From the NCBI GenBank assembly GCA_035516425.1, contig DATJAH010000044.1:147-64146 (forward strand): a stretch of 64,000 bases of DNA, written 5' to 3'. This document shows, in pieces, positions 9,993 to 19,290 of the stretch; the first letter of the stretch is position 1, and each line of letters starts with the position of its first letter. The stretch comes from Anaerolineales bacterium (lineage in GTDB: Bacteria; Chloroflexota; Anaerolineae; Anaerolineales; Villigracilaceae). The notes below the pieces were generated by a model that was given only the letters and a program-made list of their open reading frames with translations, was not told where the DNA came from and searched no databases. The position numbers and the translations under genes are program-made.

Positions 9993-11801
9993 TTATATTT
10001 TCTCCAGCACCGGGACAAATTCAAATTGCGTCACGTCGACGAGCCCTTTGTCGGAGATCCGCAGCTCGGGGATCACGACTAAAGCCAGCAATGATAGCTG
10101 CATGTTGGGGTTATTGAGCCTGCAGCCGCAGGCCTTGAAACCAGCCAGGACCGTTTCGGCTTTCTGCGCGACCACTTCGGCCCGTTCCATGGACATCAAG
10201 CCGGCGATCCCCAATTCGACCAAACCGATCACACTGCCATTTTTCACCACAACTTGCCCGCCGCCTACTTCCGCGAGTTTGTTCGCGGCGGTCGCCATGT
10301 CTTCGTCGTCTGTGCCCACCACAATCATATGATGGCTGTCATGAGCAACGGTGGAAGCAATCGCGCATTTCTCAGTGAAGCCAAATCCGCTGACCAGTCC
10401 CATGGTAATCCCGCTCATGCCCTTGTGGCGCCGTACCAAAGCGACCTTGGCAACATCGGCAGATGAATAACGGGTGATATGCGAGGCCCGGACTTCATCG
10501 TCGGTGACGGGAAGCGTCATCATCAGGTGGCGGGTCGGTGCTTGGTTTTCGATCACGCCGATCACGTGGGCTTTGACGCTGCCGGCATGGCCCTTCGGCG
10601 CCCGCAGGAGAAAATCGTTCGCTTCCAATTTCTTATTAAGATATACCGAATTTTTCACCCAGGCTGGATAAGAAAAACCGGAAAGTTCCACTTCCCAATT
10701 GCCGTGCTGGGCGATCACATTGCCTTTTGCGATCACCGTGTCCGCCCTGAAATCATACAGATCCTTGACCAGGACTACGTCCGCCCAACGGCCCGGAGCG
10801 ATCATACCCAGCTCACGCGCCAAACCAAAATGTTCCGCGGCGTTGATCGTGCACATCTGGATGGCCGTGATCGGTTCCAGTCCATGACCAATGGCATGAC
10901 GCAAAACGCGGTCCATGTGCCCATCCTGAGACAGCGTCTGGGCGTGAGAGTCATCGGTGCATAGGACGAAGCGCCTCGAGTCCAGCCCCAGATGCGTGAT
11001 GGCACCCAGCTGCGACTCAACGTCATGCCAGGCTGAGCCATATCTCAACATGGCTTTCATGCCCTGACGAACGCGCGCCACGGCATCCTCCAGGCGCGTA
11101 CCTTCGTGATCGTCTTCCGGGCCGCCCGCCACATAACCGTGAAATGGAATTCCGAGATCGGGAGATGGATAATGACCGCCGATGGTTTTATGCGCGGCCT
11201 GCGTAGCGGCCATTTCGGAGATCATTTTGTCATCGCTGTTGAGCACACCAGCGAAGTTCATCATCTCGCCCAGGCCGATGATGCCGGGCCAGGTCATCGC
11301 TTCAGCCACTTCCTCCGGACCGATCGACGCACCCGGAGTCTCAAACCCCGGCGCAGACGGAACGCAGGAAGGCATCTGCACCCAGACATGGATGGGCTGT
11401 TTGGCGGCCTCATCGACCATCAACTTGACGCCTTTGAGTCCAAAGATGTTCGCCATTTCATGGGGATCAATGAACATGCCGGTCGTTCCATGGGGTGCGA
11501 CGGCGCGCACAAACTCCGTCACCGTGACCATGCCGGATTCAACGTGCATGTGCGCGTCGAGCAGGCCGGGGACGATATAACGTCCGCGCGCTTCGATGAC
11601 CTGCGTGCCTTCGCCAACCGTATGTTTGGCATCCGGTCCAACAAAAGCGATATGCCCGCCGACGATGGCGACATCGGTGTGAGCGATGATCTCGCCTGAT
11701 TGCACGCAGACCCATTGACCATTTTTGATGACAAGGTCAGCGGGCTTGCGGCCCATGGCAACATCGATGAGGGAATGAGTCAGTTTGGCAGAATTGGGCA
11801 T
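9993..11801 (-). CDS. ade: Adenine deaminase
   Basis: About 600 aa amidohydrolase with PGLLDAHMHVESG and the two-domain length typical of Ade. The start at MPNSAKL (11801) has a GGAG 5 nt upstream; the ORF is open to 11849. Confidence 0.85.
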   Translation of the reverse strand: MPNSAKLTHSLIDVAMGRKPADLVIKNGQWVCVQSGEIIAHTDVAIVGGHIAFVGPDAKHTVGEGTQVIEARGRYIVPGLLDAHMHVESGMVTVTEFVRAVAPHGTTGMFIDPHEMANIFGLKGVKLMVDEAAKQPIHVWVQMPSCVPSAPGFETPGASIGPEEVAEAMTWPGIIGLGEMMNFAGVLNSDDKMISEMAATQAAHKTIGGHYPSPDLGIPFHGYVAGGPEDDHEGTRLEDAVARVRQGMKAMLRYGSAWHDVESQLGAITHLGLDSRRFVLCTDDSHAQTLSQDGHMDRVLRHAIGHGLEPITAIQMCTINAAEHFGLARELGMIAPGRWADVVLVKDLYDFRADTVIAKGNVIAQHGNWEVELSGFSYPAWVKNSVYLNKKLEANDFLLRAPKGHAGSVKAHVIGVIENQAPTRHLMMTLPVTDDEVRASHITRYSSADVAKVALVRRHKGMSGITMGLVSGFGFTEKCAIASTVAHDSHHMIVVGTDDEDMATAANKLAEVGGGQVVVKNGSVIGLVELGIAGLMSMERAEVVAQKAETVLAGFKACGCRLNNPNMQLSLLALVVIPELRISDKGLVDVTQFEFVPVLEKI

Positions 11802-11899
11802 AATGTCTCCAGGGGTCATTGCGAGGCGAGCGGAGGCCGCCGTCGCCATCTCGCCTTACGAAGGTCAGTTGAGATGGCTTCGCTGCGCTCGCAATGACA

Positions 11900-13279
11900 T
11901 CAAGATAATAACCTCTGCGCGGCTTGATTGTGTTTCTCGACCAACTTGCATTCGTCCAGAGTTGCTAACGTACCTTCTTTCACAACAAACTTTCCTCCGA
12001 CTATGGTGTAGTCCACCTTGACCGGCTGGCAAAAAACCAAGGCGGACACAGGATCATGTAGTGCGCCTGCGAAATCAAGCTTGTTCAGATTGACCGCAAA
12101 GAAGTCGGCGCATTTGCCTTTTTCCAGTGAACCGATGTCCGTGCGTCCAAGCACCGCCGCCCCTCCGCGCGTCCCAAGCCACAGGGCCTCGCGGGCTGTC
12201 ATCAGCTTGCGATTGGGATCCTTCGACAATGAATAACCAGTAATTCCTTCTTTAACACGCGACAACAACATCGCCTGCCGGACTTCAGCCAATAGATGCG
12301 AACCATCGTTCGAGGCGGAACCATCCACGCCGAGGCCAACCTTGACGCCAGCGGCACGATATTCCTTGATCGGCGCGATGCCGGAAGCCAGACGCATGTT
12401 CGAGGTCGGGCAATGTGCCACGCCGCATTTATGTTTGGCAAACGCTGTGATCTCCTCGCGGTTGACCCACACGGCGTGGGCGAACCAAACATCATCGCCG
12501 ATCCAATCCACTTCCTGCATATATTCCACCGGGCGATGCCCAAATTTCTGCAGGCAGAACTGCTCCTCGTCTTCCGTCTCCGCCAAATGGGTGTGCAGGT
12601 GAACGCCATATTCGCGCGCGAGCTTGGCAGATTGCTTCATCAACTCGCCGGTCACGCTGAATGGTGAACATGGCGCCAGAACAATTTGAACCATCGCGCC
12701 CGGTTTCGAATCGTGATATTTTTGGATGAGGCGCTGCGAATCTTTCAGAATCGATTCTTCGCTATCGACAACGGAATCCGGCGGAAGTCCGCCTTCGGAT
12801 TCGCCCAGCGACATCGAGCCGCGTGAAGCCTGAAGGCGGAGTCCGGCGGCTTGAGCGCCGGAAATTTCATCATCCAGCTTTGAGCCGTTGGGGAAAAGAT
12901 AAAGATGATCGGAAGCAGTGGTGCAGCCCGATAAAGCCAGTTCGCAGAGCGCCATCTGTGTCGAGACGAAAATATCGTCGGCGTTCAGGCGCGCCCAAAT
13001 CGGATAGAGCGTCTTGAGCCAGTTGAAGAGGTTGGCATCCTGCGCGGCAGGCACGGCCCGCGTCAGGGTTTGATAGAAATGATGGTGCGTGTTGACGAGC
13101 CCCGGCAGAACCACGTGGCCCTTCAGATCCAGCACTTCATCCGCCGATCTGGGAAGTTCATTTGTCGCCCCTACTTGCTCAATGAAGCCGTCGCGCATAA
13201 AAAGACCACCTTCGGGGATTTCCCGTTGATGGTCATCCATGGTGACGATCAAAGCATTTTTGACGAGAAGAGTGGACAT
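11900..13279 (-). CDS. Amidohydrolase, 8-oxoguanine deaminase / guanine-deaminase-like (COG0402-type)
   Basis: VVLPGLVNTHHHFYQTLTR, SRGSMSLGE..GGLPPD, APCSPFSV, HTHLAET, CPTSNMRLASG and GVDGSASND blocks match my recollection of 8-oxoguanine deaminases. Confidence 0.75.
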   Translation of the reverse strand: MSTLLVKNALIVTMDDHQREIPEGGLFMRDGFIEQVGATNELPRSADEVLDLKGHVVLPGLVNTHHHFYQTLTRAVPAAQDANLFNWLKTLYPIWARLNADDIFVSTQMALCELALSGCTTASDHLYLFPNGSKLDDEISGAQAAGLRLQASRGSMSLGESEGGLPPDSVVDSEESILKDSQRLIQKYHDSKPGAMVQIVLAPCSPFSVTGELMKQSAKLAREYGVHLHTHLAETEDEEQFCLQKFGHRPVEYMQEVDWIGDDVWFAHAVWVNREEITAFAKHKCGVAHCPTSNMRLASGIAPIKEYRAAGVKVGLGVDGSASNDGSHLLAEVRQAMLLSRVKEGITGYSLSKDPNRKLMTAREALWLGTRGGAAVLGRTDIGSLEKGKCADFFAVNLNKLDFAGALHDPVSALVFCQPVKVDYTIVGGKFVVKEGTLATLDECKLVEKHNQAAQRLLS

Positions 13280-13314
13280 ATCGGGGACCAGTGATCGAGT
13301 GGCAGCAACCGGTG

Positions 13315-13331
13315 AAGTTGTCTGACAACTT
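13315..13331 (-). promoter_or_regulatory. 17-bp perfect palindrome AAGTTGTC-N-GACAACTT, candidate GntR/HutC operator
   Basis: Perfect inverted repeat directly downstream of the -10 box, so it overlaps the predicted transcription start. It contains the GT-N-AC core typical of GntR-family operators. Confidence 0.45.
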
Positions 13332-13332
13332 T

Positions 13333-13361
13333 ATTATAGTGCCGCACGGGGAAGATGTCAA
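13333..13361 (-). promoter_or_regulatory. Consensus sigma70-type promoter of the purine cluster
   Basis: On the minus strand it reads TTGACA, 17 nt, TATAAT (both hexamers perfect), about 50 nt upstream of the deaminase ATG. Confidence 0.6.
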
Positions 13362-13478
13362 ATGGAGTTTCGCCACGGCCTGTCCATCATAGCCATACTT
13401 TTGGTGGATGACCTCTCCAGGGCAAAGGAGGTACACTTCGGGCAGTTCAACTCAAGAGAAGATTCAGGAGTAAAGAAA

Positions 13479-13733
13479 ATGCAAGCAGAAATAGAAATCT
13501 ACAAACTGCGCGACCGGATCGCACACCTGGAGGCCGAGGTTGCATTTTTATATAAGCATCTGGGGATCGAGTATGTGCCGGAGGCCGGGCCGGCGGATGA
13601 CCCGCGCATCATCGAGCAGCTCCAAAAGGGAAACAAGCTCGAGGCCATTAAGCTCTATCGGCAGATTTATAGCACTGGTTCGCAAGAAGCCGTCAGCGCC
13701 GTGGATGAGATGAAAGGGCGCCTCGGGCTATAG
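13479..13733 (+). CDS. Small protein with an N-terminal coiled coil and a ribosomal L7/L12 C-terminal-domain-like segment
   Basis: 84 aa starting at ATG 13479, with GGAG 9 nt upstream. GNKLEAIKLYRQIYSTGSQEAVSAVDEM resembles the L7/L12 CTD helix pattern. Confidence 0.5.
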   Translation: MQAEIEIYKLRDRIAHLEAEVAFLYKHLGIEYVPEAGPADDPRIIEQLQKGNKLEAIKLYRQIYSTGSQEAVSAVDEMKGRLGL

Positions 13734-13789
13734 GGCCATGCAGGGCGCCTTGCGCCGTGCCATCCTGCGCTCATCCTTCGCCGCACCCG

Positions 13790-13815
13790 CCCCGCCGCAA
13801 GGCGGGGTTCTGTTT
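13790..13815 (+). terminator. Rho-independent terminator
   Basis: CCCCGCC-GCAA-GGCGGGG hairpin followed by TTCTGTTT. Confidence 0.6.
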
Positions 13816-13969
13816 CCATAATAAGTAGACTGCCTCAAAATCGAATAGAATTACAAAACAGGAAAAGCAATTCAGTAAAGCATCGATTGGTCCTGGCCGG
13901 CGTTAATTCCAACCTGTCTCATTTCCTCCTTCAGCGGGATTATTACAGCAGAGAGGCTCAACCTGCTGA

Positions 13970-14557
13970 ATGAAACCAAACCAGCGTGAAAGCACCCTGT
14001 CCTTGATGAAACTCCACCGAGCCAAACCGAAAGTCGCAGAAGCCAACGATCAAGCTTTTGAAGAGTATTTTGAGCAATACTGGGCTTTGGTCTACCGGAT
14101 GCTGGCGCACATGCTGGGCGACGCGGACGAGGCCGAAGATCTGGCTCTCGAGGCTTTCTATCGCCTCTATCAGCGCAATCCCAATCCTGCGCCGGAGTTC
14201 AACATTGGCGGCTGGTTGGTGCGAGTGGCCACCCATTTGGGATTGCATTCCATTCGCAGTTTCAAGCGCCGCCAGGGCTACGAGCTGCAGGCCGGCAAAA
14301 TGAACCTGGAAGAGGCCGCTGAAAATCGTCCCGCACAAATCCACGAGCTCGAAGAGGAACGGCGCCTCGCCCGTCTGTCGCTGGCGCGCATGAATCGTCG
14401 TCAATCCCAATTGCTGGTGATGCGTTATTCCGGAATGACCTACAAAGAGATCGCCTCAGCCCTGAACCTCTCGCCCACATCCATCGGGCCGTTGTTGTTG
14501 CGCGCGGAACGCGAATTTGAAAAGCAGTATCGCACGCTCGTGCAGGAGGAACCATGA
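13970..14557 (+). CDS. ECF-type RNA polymerase sigma factor
   Basis: Region 2 (DAEDLALEAFYRLYQ) and region 4 (MTYKEIASALNLSPTSIGPLLLRAEREF) signatures. 195 aa. Confidence 0.85.
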   Translation: MKPNQRESTLSLMKLHRAKPKVAEANDQAFEEYFEQYWALVYRMLAHMLGDADEAEDLALEAFYRLYQRNPNPAPEFNIGGWLVRVATHLGLHSIRSFKRRQGYELQAGKMNLEEAAENRPAQIHELEEERRLARLSLARMNRRQSQLLVMRYSGMTYKEIASALNLSPTSIGPLLLRAEREFEKQYRTLVQEEP

Positions 14558-15717
14558 AGGAACATTTGAACGATGGTCAATTGCGAGCCGCCCTCGACGG
14601 AGAACTGGATGCGGAGGCACAACATCACCTTGTGGCCTGTTCCGCTTGCCAGGCACGCCAGCGCGCACTGCAAACGCAGGTCATGATGACCGCCCAGCGG
14701 CTGGCCTTCCTGACCCTCGAGGAGCGGGATGAGGCGCCTGCGGCGCAGTCGAGCCTGAAACACTTTTATTCCCGCAAAGTCCTTCAAAAGGAGATTCCAA
14801 TGTTAAAGAAAATATACATGTCAAGTGCCGTACGCTATGCCGTGCTGGCCGCGTTGGTCCTGGCGCTGATCGTCTCCATTCCCGCCACGCGCGCCTGGGC
14901 CGACCAGTTGCTGAACCTGTTCCGCGTGGAACAAGTTACGGTCGTACCGATTGATTATACGGGCCTGCAAGAGTTGACCGGCAACGGTGCGCTTGGCAAA
15001 CAGATCAGCGAATTGATTTCCAGCTCGATCACCATGGAACAGAAACCCGGCAATTCCGTGACTGTTGCTGATGCCGCCACGGCAAGCCAGAAGGCAGGCT
15101 TCACGGTTCGCCTGCCGCAGAATGCCACGTCGTCGCGCCTCAGCGTGATGGGCCGCGCGGCGTTCACATTCACCGTTGACCGGACCAAAGCCCAGGCCCT
15201 GCTGAACGAGGCGGGACGCAGTGATTTGGTCTTGCCTGACTCGATTAACGGCGCGGTGATCGCAGTGAATATTCCCGCTTCGGTCCAGGCCGACTATGGT
15301 TCCTGCCCCGACCCCTCCACGTTCGACCCCGACCAGCGAGGCTCGATGAGTCGACAATATCCGGATTGTGTTATCCTTTCCGAAATTCCCAGTCCGACGG
15401 TGAACGCGCCCGCCAACGTGGATGTCGCCCAATTGGCTCAGATCGGACTCGAATTCACCGGCATGAGCAGCGATCAGGCCGCGGCCTTCACCAGGAGCGT
15501 GGACTGGACGTCGACGCTGGTGGTTCCCATACCGAAAAATGCAGCGACCTATCAACAGTTGACCGTGGATGGTGTCACCGGCACGCTCATCCAGCGTCCG
15601 GCAGATGACGCGCCTCAATTCGTTCTGATCTGGGTCAAGAACGGAATCGTGTACGCCATCGGCAGTTTGGGCGTCAATTCACAGCAAGCGATCGACATGG
15701 CGAACTCAATGCCCTAG
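14554..15717 (+). CDS. Anti-sigma factor (zf-HC2-like N-terminus, one TM helix, extracytoplasmic domain)
   Basis: ATGA overlap with the sigma gene. HHLVACSACQARQ motif, a TM helix near aa 95-115 and a large C-terminal domain. Confidence 0.65.
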   Translation: MKEHLNDGQLRAALDGELDAEAQHHLVACSACQARQRALQTQVMMTAQRLAFLTLEERDEAPAAQSSLKHFYSRKVLQKEIPMLKKIYMSSAVRYAVLAALVLALIVSIPATRAWADQLLNLFRVEQVTVVPIDYTGLQELTGNGALGKQISELISSSITMEQKPGNSVTVADAATASQKAGFTVRLPQNATSSRLSVMGRAAFTFTVDRTKAQALLNEAGRSDLVLPDSINGAVIAVNIPASVQADYGSCPDPSTFDPDQRGSMSRQYPDCVILSEIPSPTVNAPANVDVAQLAQIGLEFTGMSSDQAAAFTRSVDWTSTLVVPIPKNAATYQQLTVDGVTGTLIQRPADDAPQFVLIWVKNGIVYAIGSLGVNSQQAIDMANSMP

Positions 15718-15796
15718 GAAATTCTTTCGGTACGCGGATTTCGCGGATCACACGGATTCCTTCTAAAAACTCTTTCCGGGTGAATCCGCGAAGTCT

Positions 15797-16759
15797 GTGG
15801 CAGGGATGTCCGAAAAAGCAGATTCACTCAAGAGAATTATGTCTGAAGCCTTTGCGATTGAAACTCTCGCGCTGAGAAAAGTATTCGGCGAGCAAGCCGC
15901 AGTAAAGAGCCTCACCCTGCAGGTCCAGCAGGGTGAGGTGTTTGGATTCCTGGGGCCCAACGGCGCGGGTAAAACCACCTCCATCAAAATGCTGCTCGGC
16001 CTCGTGGCGCCGACATCGGGAAGCGCGTCCTTATTGGGCGCGCCGATTGGAAATAAGGAAATGCTCAGGTGCATGGGATTTCTGCCGGAGCATTTCCGCT
16101 TTCAAGAATGGTTGACGGCCAGCGAGTTCCTCGAACTCCATGGTCAGCTTTATGGAATGCCGGGACCCGATCTAAGATCGCGGATCGATGAATTGCTGGA
16201 AAGGGTCGGGCTTTCCGATTTTCGCAACAAATTGTTACGAACTTTTTCCAAGGGCATGCTGCAACGCATCGGATTGGCGCAGGCCCTGCTCAATCGTCCG
16301 CGTCTGGTTTTTCTGGACGAACCCACCTCCGGCCTCGACCCGGTCGGCCGGCGCCTGGTGCGGGACATCATCCATGAATTAAAGGACCAGGGCACCAGCG
16401 TATTTCTCAATTCGCATCTGCTGAGCGAGATCGAAGTCACGTGTGACCGGGTGGCGTTCATCCGCCATGGTGAAGTCGTGCGCGTCATGGAATTATCTTC
16501 GTTGGATATCGGTCAAATCAACGTGACCATGCGCGCCAAGGGCTTGACAGCCGATATGACCGCGGGATTATCCCAGTGGGGTAAAAACATTCAGATCGAT
16601 GGTGAGAATGTAAGCATGAGTTTATCTGCAGAGTCTGCGATGCCGGAGATCACGCGTTATCTGGTTCTGCACGGCGCGGAGGTTTACGCGCTGACTCCGA
16701 AGCACGCTTCCCTGGAAGAGGTTTTTATCGAAACGGTCGGAAAGGATGGCGGCTTATGA
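15797..16759 (+). CDS. ABC transporter ATP-binding protein
   Basis: Walker A GPNGAGKTT, signature FSKGMLQR, Walker B LVFLDEPTSGLD. The start is uncertain: GTG 15797, ATG 15806 or ATG 15839. Confidence 0.85.
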   Translation: MAGMSEKADSLKRIMSEAFAIETLALRKVFGEQAAVKSLTLQVQQGEVFGFLGPNGAGKTTSIKMLLGLVAPTSGSASLLGAPIGNKEMLRCMGFLPEHFRFQEWLTASEFLELHGQLYGMPGPDLRSRIDELLERVGLSDFRNKLLRTFSKGMLQRIGLAQALLNRPRLVFLDEPTSGLDPVGRRLVRDIIHELKDQGTSVFLNSHLLSEIEVTCDRVAFIRHGEVVRVMELSSLDIGQINVTMRAKGLTADMTAGLSQWGKNIQIDGENVSMSLSAESAMPEITRYLVLHGAEVYALTPKHASLEEVFIETVGKDGGL

Positions 16760-17622
16760 AGAACATTTGGATCCTCAGCCGCATGACGTTCCGCGAAGCC
16801 GTCCGCCGTCGCATCGTGGCGACCGGTTTGGCGCTTGGCCTCTGTTTTTTGATGGTGTATTCGATCGGATTCCATTTTATCTATGTTTCAGCCAGAAGCG
16901 CCGAAACCGCATTGCAGAGCAGTGCCATGAATCAAGCGGTGGTGCAAATTGCGGATGTGGAGGGAATAAATACGCTGCTGTTGGCAGGCTTGTACGCAGT
17001 CACCTTCCTGGCGATTGCGATGGCGGCGCTCTTAGCCGCGGATACCCTGTCTGGTGAGATCAGTTCGGGGACGATCCAAACCATCCTCACAAAGCCGATC
17101 CGACGATTCGAGATCATTTTGGGCAAATGGCTGGGGTTTGCTTTTCTATTGGGCCTATATTTATTGTTGATGGGTGGTGGAACCGTGGCAAGTGTATTCA
17201 TCCAGGCGGCATATCTTCCCGATCATCTCGCCGCTGGACTCGCTCTCATATATTTCGAAGCTTTATTGATCATGACCATCTCGATGGCATGTTCGAGCAC
17301 CATGTCCGCCTTGGCCACAGGCGGCGTCGTTTTCGGTTTATACGGCCTGGCATTCATTGGCGGATGGATCGAACAGTTCGGCGCGATCATCCAAAATCAA
17401 ACCGCGATCAAAGTCGGGATCATCGCCAGCCTGATCATCCCGAGCGAATCACTCTGGCGCAGAGCCGCCTTCGAAATGCAGACGCCTCTTACCGGCGCTT
17501 TGGGCATGTCGCCTTTTGGAACCTTCTCCGTCCCAAGCCTATTGATGATCGCATATACCGCAGTGTATTTGATCGTGACATTGATCATCACGGTTCGCGT
17601 TTTCGAGAGACGCGACATCTAG
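16756..17622 (+). CDS. ABC-2 type permease
   Basis: 288 aa with six hydrophobic segments. ATGA overlap with the ATPase gene. Confidence 0.7.
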   Translation: MKNIWILSRMTFREAVRRRIVATGLALGLCFLMVYSIGFHFIYVSARSAETALQSSAMNQAVVQIADVEGINTLLLAGLYAVTFLAIAMAALLAADTLSGEISSGTIQTILTKPIRRFEIILGKWLGFAFLLGLYLLLMGGGTVASVFIQAAYLPDHLAAGLALIYFEALLIMTISMACSSTMSALATGGVVFGLYGLAFIGGWIEQFGAIIQNQTAIKVGIIASLIIPSESLWRRAAFEMQTPLTGALGMSPFGTFSVPSLLMIAYTAVYLIVTLIITVRVFERRDI

Positions 17623-17703
17623 CCCTCCACAATGGATCGCTGATTCGACTCCTTCCTTGTGCATCACGGGGATTTCATCTACAATACAGCCAGCGGAAAC
17701 GCC

Positions 17704-18489
17704 ATGATGGAAAATCAAAGTCAACCACCGGAGTCAGCCCAACCATCCAACCGAAAATGGATCGCGCTTGCCGTTGGCGGCGGATGCGCCTTGGTGGCCG
17801 TTCTTATTGTCCTTGCCGCCCTCGCTTTCTATTTCCTCGGTCCAAGCATCGGAAGAACCTTCGGCTCGCTGGCTGGGATCCCCAGCGCGGCCGCGCCGGC
17901 CACCGACACCCCACAAAGTCAATCGTCGAACGTGGTCATGCCGCCGGCCAGGGACCATCCGCAGGCCGAGGGCAACAAGATGGGCGATCCGAATGCGCCG
18001 GTCAAGATCATCGAGTACGCAGATTTTCAATGCCCCTTCTGCCTGCACTATTGGCAGGAGACCGAGCCGCAGATCATCCAGGATTACGTTGCAACCGGAA
18101 AGGTCTATTACGAATATCGTTCCGTCGGCGGCTTCATCGGCCCCGAGTCGGCCGATGCGGCGAACGCCGCCTACTGCGCCGGGGATCAAAATAAATTCTG
18201 GGAATATCACGACGTGCTCTTCGCCAACTGGACAGGCGAGAACGCCGGCGATTTTACGCCGGATAAACTCCGTCAATATGCCGCGGCCATCGATTTGAAC
18301 ATGGACCAATTCAATACGTGTCTCAGCTCCGGCGCGCATACCGATCAAGTCAATCAAGATGTCCGCGATGCCAAAGTCGCAGGAGTTCAAGGCACGCCGG
18401 CGTTCCTCATCAACGGAAAATTGATCGAGGGCGCCCAACCCTATTCCTCCTTCCAGCAGGCCATTGACGCTGCACTGAACGGGCAATAA
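17704..18489 (+). CDS. DsbA-family thiol:disulfide oxidoreductase, membrane anchored
   Basis: TM anchor followed by a thioredoxin fold with an FQCPFC active site. The ATG at 17704 is preferred over the GTG at 17659. Confidence 0.8.
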   Translation: MMENQSQPPESAQPSNRKWIALAVGGGCALVAVLIVLAALAFYFLGPSIGRTFGSLAGIPSAAAPATDTPQSQSSNVVMPPARDHPQAEGNKMGDPNAPVKIIEYADFQCPFCLHYWQETEPQIIQDYVATGKVYYEYRSVGGFIGPESADAANAAYCAGDQNKFWEYHDVLFANWTGENAGDFTPDKLRQYAAAIDLNMDQFNTCLSSGAHTDQVNQDVRDAKVAGVQGTPAFLINGKLIEGAQPYSSFQQAIDAALNGQ

Positions 18490-18497
18490 GTTCGATC

Positions 18498-19286
18498 ATG
18501 CTCCGACGTCTGATGCTTGGGATCTGTCTAGCCTGCCTGCTGGCCTCCTGCAGGTCCGCTCCCCTATCGCTTCCGTCCACACCGACAAAGGCAGCCACAA
18601 CTGAAATACCTCCCCCGCCGACATCCACCGTCACGCTGGCCCCTTACCCATCCGATACACCGCCACCCACCGAAACGGCCACTCCATCCACCACGCCGAC
18701 ATTTGCGATTCTGCGCGGAACCGTGTTGGAAACATCCAATTGCCGTTACGGTCCCGGGGCACCTTATCTCTATTTCACCGGTTTGGTCGCCGGAAGCCAT
18801 CTGGAGGTGATCGGCCGACGCGAAGATTCGCAATGGCTTTATGTGCAGGCCATAGGCGGGCACAAACCCTGTTGGGTCAAGGCTTCGCAGATGGATGTTC
18901 CGGGCGATATCAACTCGCTGGAGATTTATTATCCCGATTTGGCACCGCTGCCGCAGTCGCCGTTTTATCCGCCGACAGCTGTAACCAAGGTGGTGCGCAA
19001 TGGTACACAGGTCAAAGTGACCTGGCTGGATATCCCATTACATCCCGGCGATGCAGAAAGCCCATCCATGCAGCATTACATCATCGAAGTATGGCACTGC
19101 GTCGGCGGACAAATTGTGTTCGACCCGCTGGCGACCAACGACACCTCCGTCACGTTTGCCGATGAACTGGGATGCAGCCAGTCAAGCCATGGAAGAATCT
19201 TTGTGCAGGAAAAACATGGCTTCGCTGGCCCGGCCGACATTCCGTGGCCGCCGTACACAACGGCACCCATGACGGCAACCCCTTAA
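18498..19286 (+). CDS. Lipoprotein with Pro/Thr linker, SH3-like and FN3-like segments
   Basis: Lipobox LLASC, then a PT-rich linker, then a CRYGPG...HLEVIGRR..WLYVQ segment. Function unknown. Confidence 0.45.
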   Translation: MLRRLMLGICLACLLASCRSAPLSLPSTPTKAATTEIPPPPTSTVTLAPYPSDTPPPTETATPSTTPTFAILRGTVLETSNCRYGPGAPYLYFTGLVAGSHLEVIGRREDSQWLYVQAIGGHKPCWVKASQMDVPGDINSLEIYYPDLAPLPQSPFYPPTAVTKVVRNGTQVKVTWLDIPLHPGDAESPSMQHYIIEVWHCVGGQIVFDPLATNDTSVTFADELGCSQSSHGRIFVQEKHGFAGPADIPWPPYTTAPMTATP

Positions 19287-19290
19287 GGTG

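Noticed and set aside
15731-15795. CGCGGAT direct repeats and a TTCGCGGAT / ATCCGCGAA inverted repeat between the anti-sigma gene and the ABC operon.
   Set aside because: The arms are short (9 bp) with a ~35-nt loop and no U-tract. I cannot distinguish a regulatory element from chance.
17127-18194. 355-aa Arg-rich ORF spanning the ABC-2 permease and DsbA genes in another frame.
   Set aside because: It overlaps two genes with clear motifs (TM pattern, CPFC thioredoxin fold). Its composition (R/S/G/P) is typical of an out-of-frame read.
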